The notes under the pieces were generated by a model. The model did not search any database. It worked only from the letters and a program-made list of their open reading frames with translations, and was not told the origin of the DNA. Made by a program: the position numbers and the translations under genes. Positions 12,574 to 23,974 of a DNA stretch of 64,000 nt are shown one piece after another. This stretch comes from Podarcis cretensis (taxonomy: Eukaryota), in NCBI GenBank assembly GCA_951804945.1, contig OX638151.1, positions 54,932,001-54,996,000 on the forward strand, given 5' to 3'. Every line of letters starts with the position of its first letter. Positions within the stretch are counted from its first letter, which is position 1.

Positions 12574-12717
12574 TGGAGAAAGAACTTGCAACCCACTCCA
12601 GTATTTTGCCAGGAACACTCCATGCACAAAAGAAGAAGCTTTGAGAAGAAATTCCAAGGCATGCTCTGGTTCATGGGGTCACGGAGAGTTGAGCACGACT
12701 AAAACGACTGAACGACG
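12574..12717 (+). mobile_element. Retroposon fragment with a BovB-type tail
   Basis: CCACTCCAGTATTTTGCC…CATGGGGTCACGGAGAGT…CACGACT; 11-bp TSD AACCAAAGCTT. Confidence 0.7.
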
Positions 12718-12854
12718 AACCAAAGCTTATGGGACTGGAATATTGTCTGTCAAGTGATCTTCTTGGATGTTTTCTACCTCTATCACTACATCATACTAAT
12801 GACAAATTGTGTTTGATTTATAGCAGGTGAAGAATTGGTGGACACATTAAGGCC

Positions 12855-13820
12855 ATGACAGATGCAATTGCTTTGTCTTCCCACACTGCTACAATCAATA
12901 CAATTTATGCACAACTGGAGAACTGGGCAAAGAAGCAATATTTCTTGGAAACAATTATCATTTTATCTATTCCAATTTGCATCTGGGGATTAATTGGGAA
13001 TGGAGTTGACTTCTGGCTTCTTTGCTTCAGGATCAAGAGGACTAGGTTCTCAGTTTATATTCTCAATTTGACAGCTGCTGATCTTATTGTAAACATCTAC
13101 TACATTATGGTTTTTATCACATTTTTGGCACAAATTTATGTCAATCTCTACTTTTCAAGTGTAATGGAGATTATATATTTATTTGGATACAATACCAGCA
13201 TCTACTTGGTAACAGCTCTCACTGCTGAAAGGTACCTCACTGTCTTCTTCCCAGTCTGGTATCAACGTCACAGGCTAAAGTACCTCTCCATCATTGTGTG
13301 TGCCGTGTTGTGGCCCTTGTCCTGCCTGGTGTCACTGGTGGCCTATATTTCCTGCTATCCAAGGTTCCTTTCATCTCACAACGAAGAGAGAGCAGATTGT
13401 ACAGCTGCAACTATATTTGAAATTACAATAACTTTTCTGGTTTTCCAACCCATCATGCTTTTTTCTACCGCAGCTCTTTGTGTCAAAATGCAAAGAGAAG
13501 CCAAGCAAAGCGCTCCAGCAAGACTTGATATCACCATCACCATCTTAGCTGTTGTATTTCTTATCTTTTCTTTCACAGTTCGAACTGTTGATGCCATCGC
13601 ATATTGGCACCAAACACTAGATGCACCAGTCCCATTTCTACTTTCTCTGTTGTTTGATTCCATCAAGAGCAGCATCAACCCTTTCATATATCTTGCTGTT
13701 GGATGTTGGAAGAGAGGGAAGCCCATCCATATGTTTCTTGAGAGAGCTTTGAGTGGCAAAGCAGAGAGAACTCAAGTAGACCAAGAGGAGACTGAGAAGC
13801 ATCCAGAGCCTCAAATGTGA
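12855..13820 (+). CDS. MAS-related GPCR, gene B, 321 aa
   Basis: 7TM; GLIGNG, NLTAAD, GYNTSIYLVTALTAERY, INPFIYLAVG. Acceptor AG at 12825-12826; an in-frame TGA just after it fixes the start at 12855. Confidence 0.93.
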   Translation: MTDAIALSSHTATINTIYAQLENWAKKQYFLETIIILSIPICIWGLIGNGVDFWLLCFRIKRTRFSVYILNLTAADLIVNIYYIMVFITFLAQIYVNLYFSSVMEIIYLFGYNTSIYLVTALTAERYLTVFFPVWYQRHRLKYLSIIVCAVLWPLSCLVSLVAYISCYPRFLSSHNEERADCTAATIFEITITFLVFQPIMLFSTAALCVKMQREAKQSAPARLDITITILAVVFLIFSFTVRTVDAIAYWHQTLDAPVPFLLSLLFDSIKSSINPFIYLAVGCWKRGKPIHMFLERALSGKAERTQVDQEETEKHPEPQM

Positions 13821-14346
13821 ACTGAAAAGGCTTCTAAGTCAAAGAATATAGACTGGCATTTCTGGTTCCTGAATAAATATATTATGACTTGTTTATTTTA
13901 CTGTTTGTTACTTGTAGGCTACAATACTCACCTAGGGACCATGGAAAAGTCATCTGCAGATGGGGTAACAGGGCCCTCAAATCACCAAAGAGGTGTATCT
14001 TTGCAGGATTAAGCTTCTACGAAATGCAGAAGTATGATCAAACAAGGTGGAAAAGAAAACTGGAGAGTAACCCTGGTGATACTGACAACTTTGTTTTGCT
14101 AAATAAATACTAGGCCTGTAATCCTCACTCGACATACCTGGAAGTAAGCCCCATTGAATTCAATAGGACTGACTTCTGAATAGACACAGTTGGGACTGAG
14201 CAGTAACCATGCCTTTTAGATAGGCATTGTGTCTATCTAAAAGGTATCGAAATGCCACAGCCCAGTTAGGGAATGGAGTTAAATAGTGAGCCTTGAACAA
14301 CAGCTTTGCTCTGTGTGCCAAGTTGACCAGGCTTAAGATATGCAGT

Positions 14347-14446
14347 CAGTGCCGGATTTACATATAAGCTAAACAAGTTATAGCTTAGGGCCCCACTCTC
14401 TTGGGGTCCCCCCCAAAAAAATTAAAGGGGAAAAACCTGGATGTAC

Positions 14447-14496
<50 letters not shown>

Positions 14497-15124
14497 AATA
14501 AAATAAAACCTACATACAGCAACAGTGTTTTGTGTTGTGTAGGCTCCAATGATGTAAGTTACTTTAATAAAATACATATTTTGTTATGTGCAAATGGCTT
14601 TAGATGCCTATTAGGTCCATAAATTACCATATAGCATATATTCAACACAAAAAACAGTGACAATTTGTTGTTGACAAAGGACAGCTGGACATATAAAGGG
14701 CCCCATTCCCTTCAGTAGCTTAAAAGGTAAAGGTAAAGGTACCCCTGCCCGTACGAGCCAGTCTTGACAGACTCTGGGGTTGTGCGCCCATCTCACTCAA
14801 GAGGCCAGGGGCCAGCGCTGTCCGGAGACACTTCCGGGTCACGTGGCCAGCGTGACATCGCTGCTCTGGCGAGCCAGAGCCGCACACGGAAACGCCGTTT
14901 ACCTTCCCGCTGGTAAGCGGTCCCTATTTATCTACTTGCACCCGGAGGTGCTTTCGAATTGCTAGGTTGGCAGGCGCTGGGACCGAGCAGCGGGAGCGCA
15001 CCCCGCCGCAGGGATTTGAACCGCCGACCTTTCGATTGGCAAGTCCTAGACGCTGAGGCTTTAACCCACAGCGCCACCTGCGTCTCAGTAGCTTAGGGCC
15101 TCATCAAACCTAAATCCGGCCCTG
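14347..15124. mobile_element. hAT-like element containing (TA)n and a nested Sauria SINE
   Basis: TIR CAGTGCCGGATTTA…TAAATCCGGCCCTG; TSD TATGCAGT/TATGCAAT. Confidence 0.75.
14723..15084 (-). mobile_element. Sauria-type SINE, young and CpG-rich
   Basis: (ACCTTT)n tail; tRNA-like head with B box GGTTCAAATCC; 11-bp TSD TCAGTAGCTTA. Confidence 0.85.
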
Positions 15125-15799
15125 TATGCAATTCAGGAACCCTTCTTTCCAAGAATACTAGGATGAACCACCAGACCACAACCGGGGGTATATCGTTGCA
15201 AGGGAATATAAGGACCAGGCAAAAATGAAGGTTAAAATAGTGAATATATTACCCTACCTAGGTTGAGGGGAAGTTTGGTTTGGTGGAGTTCCCCCTCTGT
15301 GAAGAGGCAGAGGGAGGAGAGTAGCTGAGGGATTTATCACCTACTTCCGACAGTGTGGGATATGTATGGCACTGGGTCTCAGCTTACTATTCTGTAGCCC
15401 AATCCCTCAGCTGTATATTGTGGAATGGGTTTTAATAGATAGGAATGAATATATTAATTGTAATTTACCCCTCCAGGCGCCCACATGTGTGGGTTGAACA
15501 AAGTCCCATTCTTAGCAGCAAAATTGAAGCTGGCTCCCCCTTTTCATTTACCTCACTTAACAAAGAAATCAGACAACAGATGGTGGAAGCAAGCTTAAAA
15601 TAGGATTTACTTGGTAGTCTTGAATTGGTTCTCAGCTACAGCAGCAGTAAAAACTATGCAGGCAAAATACTTATATTTACAGTAGAAAGTCTCAGGCATG
15701 CATTGGATCTGGAGCAAGTGAACATATGTCATCCTGCATGGCTGGTCAAAGAAATTGGGCAGCATTGAGAGAGGGCCTTTCGACCCTCTGACAGCTATG

Positions 15800-16960
15800 T
15801 TATGGGCTGCTGCAGGGGACTATTTTCTCTTCAGTGCTATATAACATCTATATGAAGCTGTTGGGGATGGTCATGAGGAGTTTTAGGGCAAGGTGCCATC
15901 AGTCTGCTGATGACACTCAGCTCTATTTCTCTATAACATCTGAATCAGGAGGGGCCGTGCAATTCCTGAGCCATTTGGCTGGGCACGCTGGTGAAATAGA
16001 TGAGAAAAACAAGCGGAGCTTGCATCCTGGCAAGATGGAGACACTGTGGGTGAGGAGTTCCCATGTCTCAAAAACTGGTCAGCTGCCTACCCTGGATGGG
16101 GTTGCACTCCTCCTGAAGGAGCTGCTTCTGGATCCAGCTGTCACTGGAAGCTCAGGTAGTCTCTGTGGCTAGAAGTACCTTTGACCAGCTGTGACTGGTT
16201 TGACAGCTATTACTGGACCAGGAAAGCCTTGCCACAGTAGTAGTTACTTCAAGGCTGGATTACTGCAATGTGCTGTATGTGGGTCTTCCCGTGTGCTTGA
16301 TTTGGAACCTGCAGCTAGTGCAGAATGCTGCAGCATGATTGCTGACAGGAAAGGGCCTTGTCAGCATATAACACCTGTGCTCAGAGATCTGCACTGTTTG
16401 CCGATTTGCTACCAGTCCAGGTTACTGTTAGTATGCATAAAGGTAAAGGGACCCCTGACCGTTAGGTCCAGTCGTGGAGGACTCTGGGGTTGCGGCGCTC
16501 ATCTCGCTTTGCTGGCCAAGGGAGCCGGCGTACAGCTTCCAGGTCATGTGACCAGCATAACTAAGCCTCTTCTGGCAAACCAAAGCAGTGCACGGAAACG
16601 CCGTTTACCTTCCTACCGGAGTGGTACCTATTTATCTACTTGCACTTTGACGTGCTTTCGAACTGCTAGGTGGGCAGGAGCTGGGACCAAGCAACGGGAG
16701 CTCACCCCGTTGCGGGGATTCGAATCGCTGACCTTCTGATCGGCAAGCCCTAGGTTCTGTGGTTTAGACCACAGCGCCACCCATGTCCCATATATACATA
16801 TGCATAGCCCTTAATAATTTAATAATTTGGGATCAGTTTACCTACAAGATCGCTTTTTCTTACATGTGCCCACTTGACAGCTTTGATTGGCGGAATTGGC
16901 ACCACTACAGGGGACACATAATACCCTTCCTGCATTGGAATGAACTCGGTCATTTAGTGT
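15800..16960 (+). mobile_element. Degenerate L2 LINE RT fragment interrupted by a Sauria SINE
   Basis: LYNIYMKLLG…ADDTQLY and HITPVLRDLH remnants, with frameshifts. Confidence 0.7.
16439..16789 (-). mobile_element. Sauria-type SINE
   Basis: AAAGGTAAAGGGACCCCTGACCGTTAGGTCCAGTCG…; homologous to 14723-15084. Confidence 0.85.
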
Positions 16961-17024
16961 GGCAGGGCAGAAAGAGAACTGAGATAATAAATCAAGTCAC
17001 ACTACCCTATCTCTACAGGTCATA

Positions 17025-17530
17025 TACCAGGGTAATCAAAGCAGTCTCTTTCCTTGATCTGAAGCCAGATTTCAATAGGTACAGAGAAGTATGTGAGTTT
17101 AATCATATTGTGGCTGACAGTCACTATGAGGTCATGAAATTCTTGTATTCAGTTGTTACACAACCAACACTTCATAATAGTGGCACTTGGTCACATCTTT
17201 GCAGAATTCTATTACTGTGAGAGGAAGACGAATGAGAAAAGAAGGTTGAAACGAAAATTGGAGTGCAACTATGTTAGTATTGACTTTTCTGCTTTGCAGC
17301 TGCTTACGTCAGTGTGATTCTCAACATCTATATTCATGTTAGTCTCATCAAGTCTGCTTAACAGGCTTTATAGGAACTTGCCAGAGATAATTTGGGGTAT
17401 CTCTACTTGCTTCTCCCAACAACATCCATTCAGTAATCAAATTGTGAAGCAGATCACTGTATAAAAGTATATGGCCACCCTTCATATTTTGTGATGGTTG
17501 CAAAGGAATGAAAAGGGGAAGAGGCGAGAA
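17025..17530 (+). promoter_or_regulatory. Upstream module of gene C
   Basis: TGAGGTCA at 17127-17134, TTGTTACAC, GAAGGTTGAAACGAAAATTGGAG. Confidence 0.6.
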
Positions 17531-18078
17531 AAGGCAGAAATTCGGACAGCCACTGCCTGTGAATATTTTTCTCCCCCTCCCCCAATATGGCAAAGGGTTA
17601 GTCATAAGAGGCTGTTGCAGCAAAAATAATGAGTCTTGTGCTGCCTTAAAAACTAACAGGTTTATCATAGTAGAAACTCTCATGGTCTAGAGTTGACTTC
17701 ATCAAATCTAAATTATGCCACAATATAAATCTTTAAGTTGCAACAAGACTTTTTGTTTTACTCTCTCCAAAAGCATTGACTTCTTATTCTAATTTGCTTG
17801 AGTATTACTCAGCCCAAGTCTGGCAAAGGGAGCACAGAAATTCAGAGGGAAAGCCTCCTCTTGACCTACAGGTCCCTAGACATCTATGCCCACCAGCCAG
17901 TTACTGGGAAGATCCTTATCCCATTCACTTAATTCTCTCCAGTTGCCAAAAATTGTGGGAGTAGAATCTAATAACAAGAACATCCTTGCCTGACAGGTGA
18001 TCATTTGAAGCTTTCCTACGGCTATTACAAAATCTAGGTACCTTAATAGTAACTGTAAGTTATGTTTGATTTTGACAG

Positions 18079-19051
18079 GTTGAAAGGAATAATAGCTTAT
18101 ATTGATAATGTGATACCAGAAGAAGGCATATCGCCTTCCAGCTCTGCTGGTGTAACCAAGAAACCCTACAGACTTCCCAAGGAGCTTGGAACAATTTTTA
18201 TTGCAACTATTCCAGTCAGCATCTTTGCATTCATAGCGAATGTAATTGTCTTTTGGCTTTTCTGCTACAAGATCAAACACACTAACTTAACCCCCTATTT
18301 TTTAAATCTTACTATTGCAAATCTTCTGACAAGCTTCTGCAGTGCTGAAGTTGCTTTTTTATATTCTATAAATGTACGTCTAGTTTCTCCAATTCAACGT
18401 CTAATCCAGATGCTCTATATATGTGCCTATGACACCAATTTATACATCTTTACAGCTCTCACTGCTGAAAGGTACATCACTGTCTATTTCCCAGTCTGGT
18501 GGCAACATCACCGGCCTGAGTATTTCTCAACCATACTGTGTGTGATTTTATGGATGTTGTCTTGCAATCTGTCACTTCTGTACTTTTTTTTCTGCTTCCC
18601 AAAATTCTTCATAACCGCTAAGGAATTTGAATCTCAATGTGGAACTTCAAGTATAATATCCTTAATAACTGAGGTGGTTCTTGTCCCATCCAGCGTGTTG
18701 TTTTTCTCTTTGGCCATTTGGATCAGAACCCTAAGATCACAGCAAAAGCCCCGAGAAAGACTTGACATTACCATTGTGGCCATAGCAACAGTGATTCTTA
18801 TCTTCAATGTCCCAACCAGAGCTACATTTACTTTTTCATTTTGGAAACTCCCAGTAGATTTGACTACATTGAAAATCATTACTGTGTTACTGGATTCAAT
18901 CTGCTGCAGTGCCATTGCTATTGTGTACCTTATTGTTGGATGCTGGAAGAGGTGGGAAGCCTTAAAGTCCTTCCATATGCTACTTGAGGGAGCACTGGAG
19001 GATACAGAAAACATGCCAGAGTCAACCAAAACAGATGAGGTGCAAGCCTGA
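18079..19051 (+). CDS. MAS-related GPCR, gene C; ORF intact but start codon uncertain (possible pseudogene)
   Basis: 7TM ORF 18062-19051 with AERY, FPVWWQHHRP, RLDITIVAIA. The conserved acceptor tttgacAG is at 18077-18078, and the homologous ATG position reads ATA (18113). The only early in-frame ATG (18062) lies upstream of the acceptor. Confidence 0.8.
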
Positions 19052-19423
19052 AAATATCTCTGGCATCAGAAGCCAACCCCCCCAACCCCCGCATCAGATG
19101 ATTATAGAAAAACAAGGACATTCTTTCACAGTTCCAGAATAAATTTATTACGAATGCTTTGATGTTGTGTTCATTATTTCTAATACACCCATCTCGGCCC
19201 TATACTAGGGCAATCTCCAGTCCGGATGGCTTCTTATGCAGAGCCAGTTGGTGGGCTGAGAGTCAAAATCAGAGGGCAGAGGTGACTGAGCCACCAAACA
19301 CCGAGTTTGACATTTCTCAGTGTGGTCAATAAGCAGGGATCCTACAAAGGATGCAAAAGTGCAGTCAAGGTAACTGAACAGCGGAAAAAGGCAAGCAGAC
19401 AACCACTATGAAAAGGAGGTCAG

Positions 19424-19572
19424 ATAGAATCAGAGAACTGTAGAGTTGGAAGGGACCACGAGGGTCATACAGTCCACCCCCTGCAATGCAAGAATCTTTT
19501 GTTCAACGTGGGGCTTGAACCCATAACCATGAGATTAAGAGTCTCATGCTCTACCAACTGAGCTATCACAGC
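19424..19572 (-). mobile_element. tRNA-Lys(CTT)-derived SINE with CR1-type 3' tail
   Basis: Reverse complement reads TAGCTCAGTTGGTAGAGCATGAGACTCTTAATCTCATGGTTATGGGTTCAAGCCCCACGTTG, then GGTCCCTTCCAACTCT…ATTCTAT. Confidence 0.8.
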
Positions 19573-19972
19573 TTCATGAGGTGGATGGACAATAGAAGAG
19601 GAAAGCGAGAAGCCAGGACGCCCAGAGAAAAGAAGTATGTTGGTGGATATATAAGTATATCTGGAATGACTGAGAACAGCATCCAGTACATACATCTCTG
19701 AGGAAAACCTTTGAAGCAAATGCTAGAGAAGTAGCCTGGTGTTGTCAATGCTGGACGGAACATTTTGAAGTGCAAGAGCTCACCATGGTATCTCCCATAG
19801 GCTAACCATGCTGCCGCCAGATCTGTTCATATAAACATCTGCATGTACATATTTTCCCCAACTCATGCCATCTGTTTTATGTGCCTGAAACTTCTGTATG
19901 CTTGCTTTTATATGACTTTTGTGTTTTTACTGTTGCTTTACTGGCTTTAGGTTTGTGTTTTTGTTTTAATAT

Positions 19973-20064
<92 letters not shown>
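19973..20064 (+). repeat. (GATA)n(GACA)n microsatellite
   Basis: Read directly from the sequence. Confidence 0.95.
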
Positions 20065-20065
<1 letters not shown>

Positions 20066-21418
20066 TGACACTACTTAGAGATTTTCAAAATATTAGGCAG
20101 TACAGTTGATCCACAACATTGGGGGGGTTGCGTTCTGGGGGTTGCACATAAAACTAAAATTATATATAGTTGAAACTACCCCAGAATTATCCCTGCATGA
20201 GCACCCCCAACCTTTCTGAAGCTGGAGGGCCGAGCAGGCTTTGCCTTCCCTATGAAGGTTCTGGTGAGATCTGCTTCCGGTTCCGCTCTGCCTTAATGGA
20301 ACCAGACCCCACAACAGCAGGAGATCATTGGCAAAGGAAAAACAAGGATGATTGAGGGTAATTCTCCTTGCAAATTTCCCCCCCAGGGATGGGGGAAATG
20401 GGCTTCACTCGCAGTCCATCTCAGTACCTGGCTCTTGCTCTGACATGGAATGCGGGGGCAGGGAGGTGCTGAGTGCAAAATCACTTTGCCTGGTGAAAAC
20501 CCTCCAATGCTGCCATTAAGAAGCAGAGGTTCTCCTGTTCATTAGAACTTAATTGGACTAAAGTACAGGAACGTGCTAGAAGAGATGAGATCACAAACTG
20601 TGGAACAAAACCAATTGCAAGGACTTTAAGGTTTGAACTCGAGATAAGACTTCATTAGGTGTAAAAGATGTGGGGAGGGGAGCTTATAGTTCTTTATTTA
20701 AAGTTCTCTACATTAATGATTTGGCAACCTCCTCTGAATGTTAGTTCAAATTATATTTGTACAAGCAAGGATGGAAGAAATTGGATTATACATATGGAAT
20801 ATAACATTAAATGGAACTGTGTGTATTTAATAAAAGGAAAAAGGGAGGGAAGTTCTATTTTGCAAAAGGTTTACAATGGAAACTTAGAGCTGACTCTTCC
20901 TCACCCTTTATTATTTATGGAGTGACTTGGAATTTATTTATAAGAAGACTTGGAATTTAATTTAATTGGAAGTATAATTGCTCATATATCCTCAGTTGGA
21001 CAGAAGGATGAAAGGAGTCTGCAAACTGCCAAGGAATTGATAAGGTTCATTACTGAGTCATCTACAGTTCGACAGACCACTCTTCTTCCCAGGCTGAGAG
21101 GAAAAATGGTGAGAACAGGTTATTTATTGGGACAGAGTGACTTTTGCAGCTGTTGTTAAAGTTGCAAAACAACGAAGCACAGGATGGAGCAATGGAGAAA
21201 TTTCTGGAACAACAGTGGGATATCAGCTCCGTCCAAGGCATGACAGATAACAGCAACAACCGGGGGGGAGGGGTGGAGAAGAGAGACATAACATCTTACA
21301 AGGACGGGAAGAAACACAATGGACAGAACAATTGCCACACACAGGAACAAAAAAGATATAGTCTGAGTTCCTCGCTTGCAGTTTTAGAACTCATTTAATG
21401 TGTCAACATGAATAGAAG

Positions 21419-21530
21419 TTATTAATACTGCAGTTGTTGAATAAGGGGTTGTTATTATGATCAGAATGTAATGGTTATTAATACTCCAGTTGTTGTATAA
21501 GGGATTGTTATTATGATCAGAATGTAATGG
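21419..21530 (+). repeat. 56-bp tandem duplication
   Basis: TTATTAATACT…AGAATGTAATGG twice, with few mismatches. Confidence 0.85.
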
Positions 21531-21698
21531 AAATTAATAAGATTTTGAATGCAGAATTAAAGCAAATTATCAAGCCATCAATCTTTATCTAAATTATCAG
21601 TATTTGAACAATTGGTAATAATGATTGTATTATAAATTGGTATTCTTATAATGAGGCTATTACTGAATTGTAACTGAAAAGTAATAAAAATGTGCGCG

Positions 21699-21748
<50 letters not shown>

Positions 21749-22722
21749 GTTCACCCCAGAGCCTATAGGAAGGCTTCCCAGGATCTGGTTAGCAAGGTGG
21801 AGAACTTAAAAGCTCCTTCTGTGGTGGGAAAACCAGGCACAGAGAGAGCTTTTAAGCTCTCTACCTTGCTTACCATGCTCTGGGAGACTCTCTTGCAGGC
21901 CCTGGAAGTTCTCACAAGATTTCACAAAGCTGTCCAAGATCTTGCCAGAGGCTCCCAGAGCTCATTATCTGCAGCCCTTCCTCATATGCTCCTTCCATGG
22001 GAGGTTTGGAAGGTGGCAAGAAGATAGTAGGCCTTTTCCTGTGATGGCCCCTGCATGGGAAATGCTCTGCCTGGGAAAGCACAACTGAAACCATTCTTAT
22101 CTAGTTCTAGGTGCCAGGCAAAGACTTTTCTCCCCCACTCCTAGGCTTTTGGACCTTAATTTAAAGAATATTGTGGCCTTTTTAGTTGGGCAGGGCTTGT
22201 AACCCTGACTAGGTCTCTGAGCTAGGGCTAAGGACAAATGCTCCACGATGCATCGTTCGCCTGCCTTCTGCTGTGGCTGAGAGGTTAGAGAATTTCCATG
22301 TGCAATATGTGGACCGTAAGAAAGTTGTTTCCTTTCCCTTGGTGGAAATGGAAGCCTTCAAAACTTTTTTAGAAACCATGCAAGGAGTGGCTCCAGTCCC
22401 ACTTTCTAGTATCTCTCCACCATTCAGGAACGGAACCAGTCCAGACATTTGAAGAGGTTACGATGACTGATGATATGAAAAGATCTCCAGAGGACTGAGA
22501 TAACAAACGAGGCAGAGGCGCTGGCTTCTCCAGTGGATGGGGGGGGCGGGGGCGGGCTGGTGTGACATTATGCAATGTGGCGAGGAGCCGGGGTGGGGCC
22601 AAACACCCTGGCCCCCTCAAAATACACATGGGGGGGCTCAAACTGCCTTGGCTCCTAGGAGTCGGTGCCTATGAAATGAGGTAACTCTGTTCTGTGAACT
22701 GCCCTGAGACCTCCGGGTATAG

Positions 22723-22850
22723 NNNNNNNNNNNNNNNNNNNNNNNNNNNNNNNNNNNNNNNNNNNNNNNNNNNNNNNNNNNNNNNNNNNNNNNNNNNNNN
22801 NNNNNNNNNNNNNNNNNNNNNNNNNNNNNNNNNNNNNNNNNNNNNNNNNN
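22723..22850. other. Assembly gap (128 N)
   Basis: Run of N. Confidence 1.
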
Positions 22851-23350
22851 TCTACCAGGGAAATCAAAGCAGTCTCCTTCTCTTCATTTGAAGCTATATG
22901 TATATAGGTACAAGGTGATATCACTGTGAGCGTAACTATATCACACCTGACAGTAGTTGTGAGGTCATGAGATTCTAGTATTCAGTTTGTTACATAAGTC
23001 ACACTTCATAGGAGTGGAACTGATCATATTATGCAGAAGCATGGTCAAAGAAGTTTGAAATGAAAATTGGAGTACAATCACGTTAGTACTGACTCTTCTG
23101 TCTTGCCACTGCTTACGTGAGTTTGATTTTTAAACAGCTACATTTCTGCTAGTTCCCCTCATCTTCTATCTGTTTTGCAGGTCTTGTAGGAACCTGCAGA
23201 ATTAATTCTGACTGTATGTGGTCTATTTCTCCAAAGAGAACCCAAACAGCGATCAGATCTTTAAGCAGTTTGCTACATAAATAATATATACCTAGCCTTT
23301 GTACTTTTGTGATGGGTAGGAATGACAGAGGGGCAATGAGAAAATCTTAT
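22851..23350 (+). promoter_or_regulatory. Upstream module of gene D
   Basis: TGAGGTCA at 22960-22967, TTGTTACATAA, candidate donor CTTAC|GTGAGT. Confidence 0.6.
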
Positions 23351-23667
23351 ATCTGTTATGGCAAAAAAAAAAAAAAACCTGAAGGAAAAGTTACAATATT
23401 TTTGTTATGGGGAAAATAAAATTTCAGTAGCATAATAGAACATAAACTTTATTTTCCCCATAACAAAAATATTAAAATTCTAGTTGCTGCTAACGAGGGA
23501 GAAGGGGTGAAGGCGAAACTTTTATTATTGAACTATTAAACTGCATTTTTGTTGGAATCCATTTTGCTCAGGCAATATATGAAAGGCCTCCAAGTGGAGT
23601 TAGCTTGTTTTTGCAACTGCTCAGCATTTCGTTGAAGTCAGCAGTTGCTAATCTTAAAATACATATA

Positions 23668-23908
23668 CAGTGGTCCCTCAGGTTAAGTACTTAATTCGTT
23701 CCGGAGGTTCGTACTTAACCTGAAACTGTTCTTAACCTGAAGCACCACTTTAGCTAATGGGGCTCCTGCTGCCGCCGTGCCGCCGGAGCACAATTTCTAT
23801 TCTCATCCTGAAGCAAAGTTCTTAACCTGAGGTAATATTTCTGGGTTAGCGGAGTCTGTAACCTGAAGCGTATGTAACCTGAAGCGTATGTAACCCGAGG
23901 TACCACTG
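23668..23908. mobile_element. Tigger-like MITE (same family as 4578-4803)
   Basis: CAGTGGT…ACCACTG; TA TSD. Confidence 0.85.
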
Positions 23909-23974
23909 TACCTTAAAATGCCTTACTGCGGCTGCTGTGAGTGTGGAGGAAGCAAGTGTCCCATCCCTAGGCCA

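Noticed and set aside
19500-19572. Possible tRNA-Lys(CTT) gene
   Set aside because: The acceptor stem is degenerate and it is fused to a CR1-type tail, so it is a SINE head.
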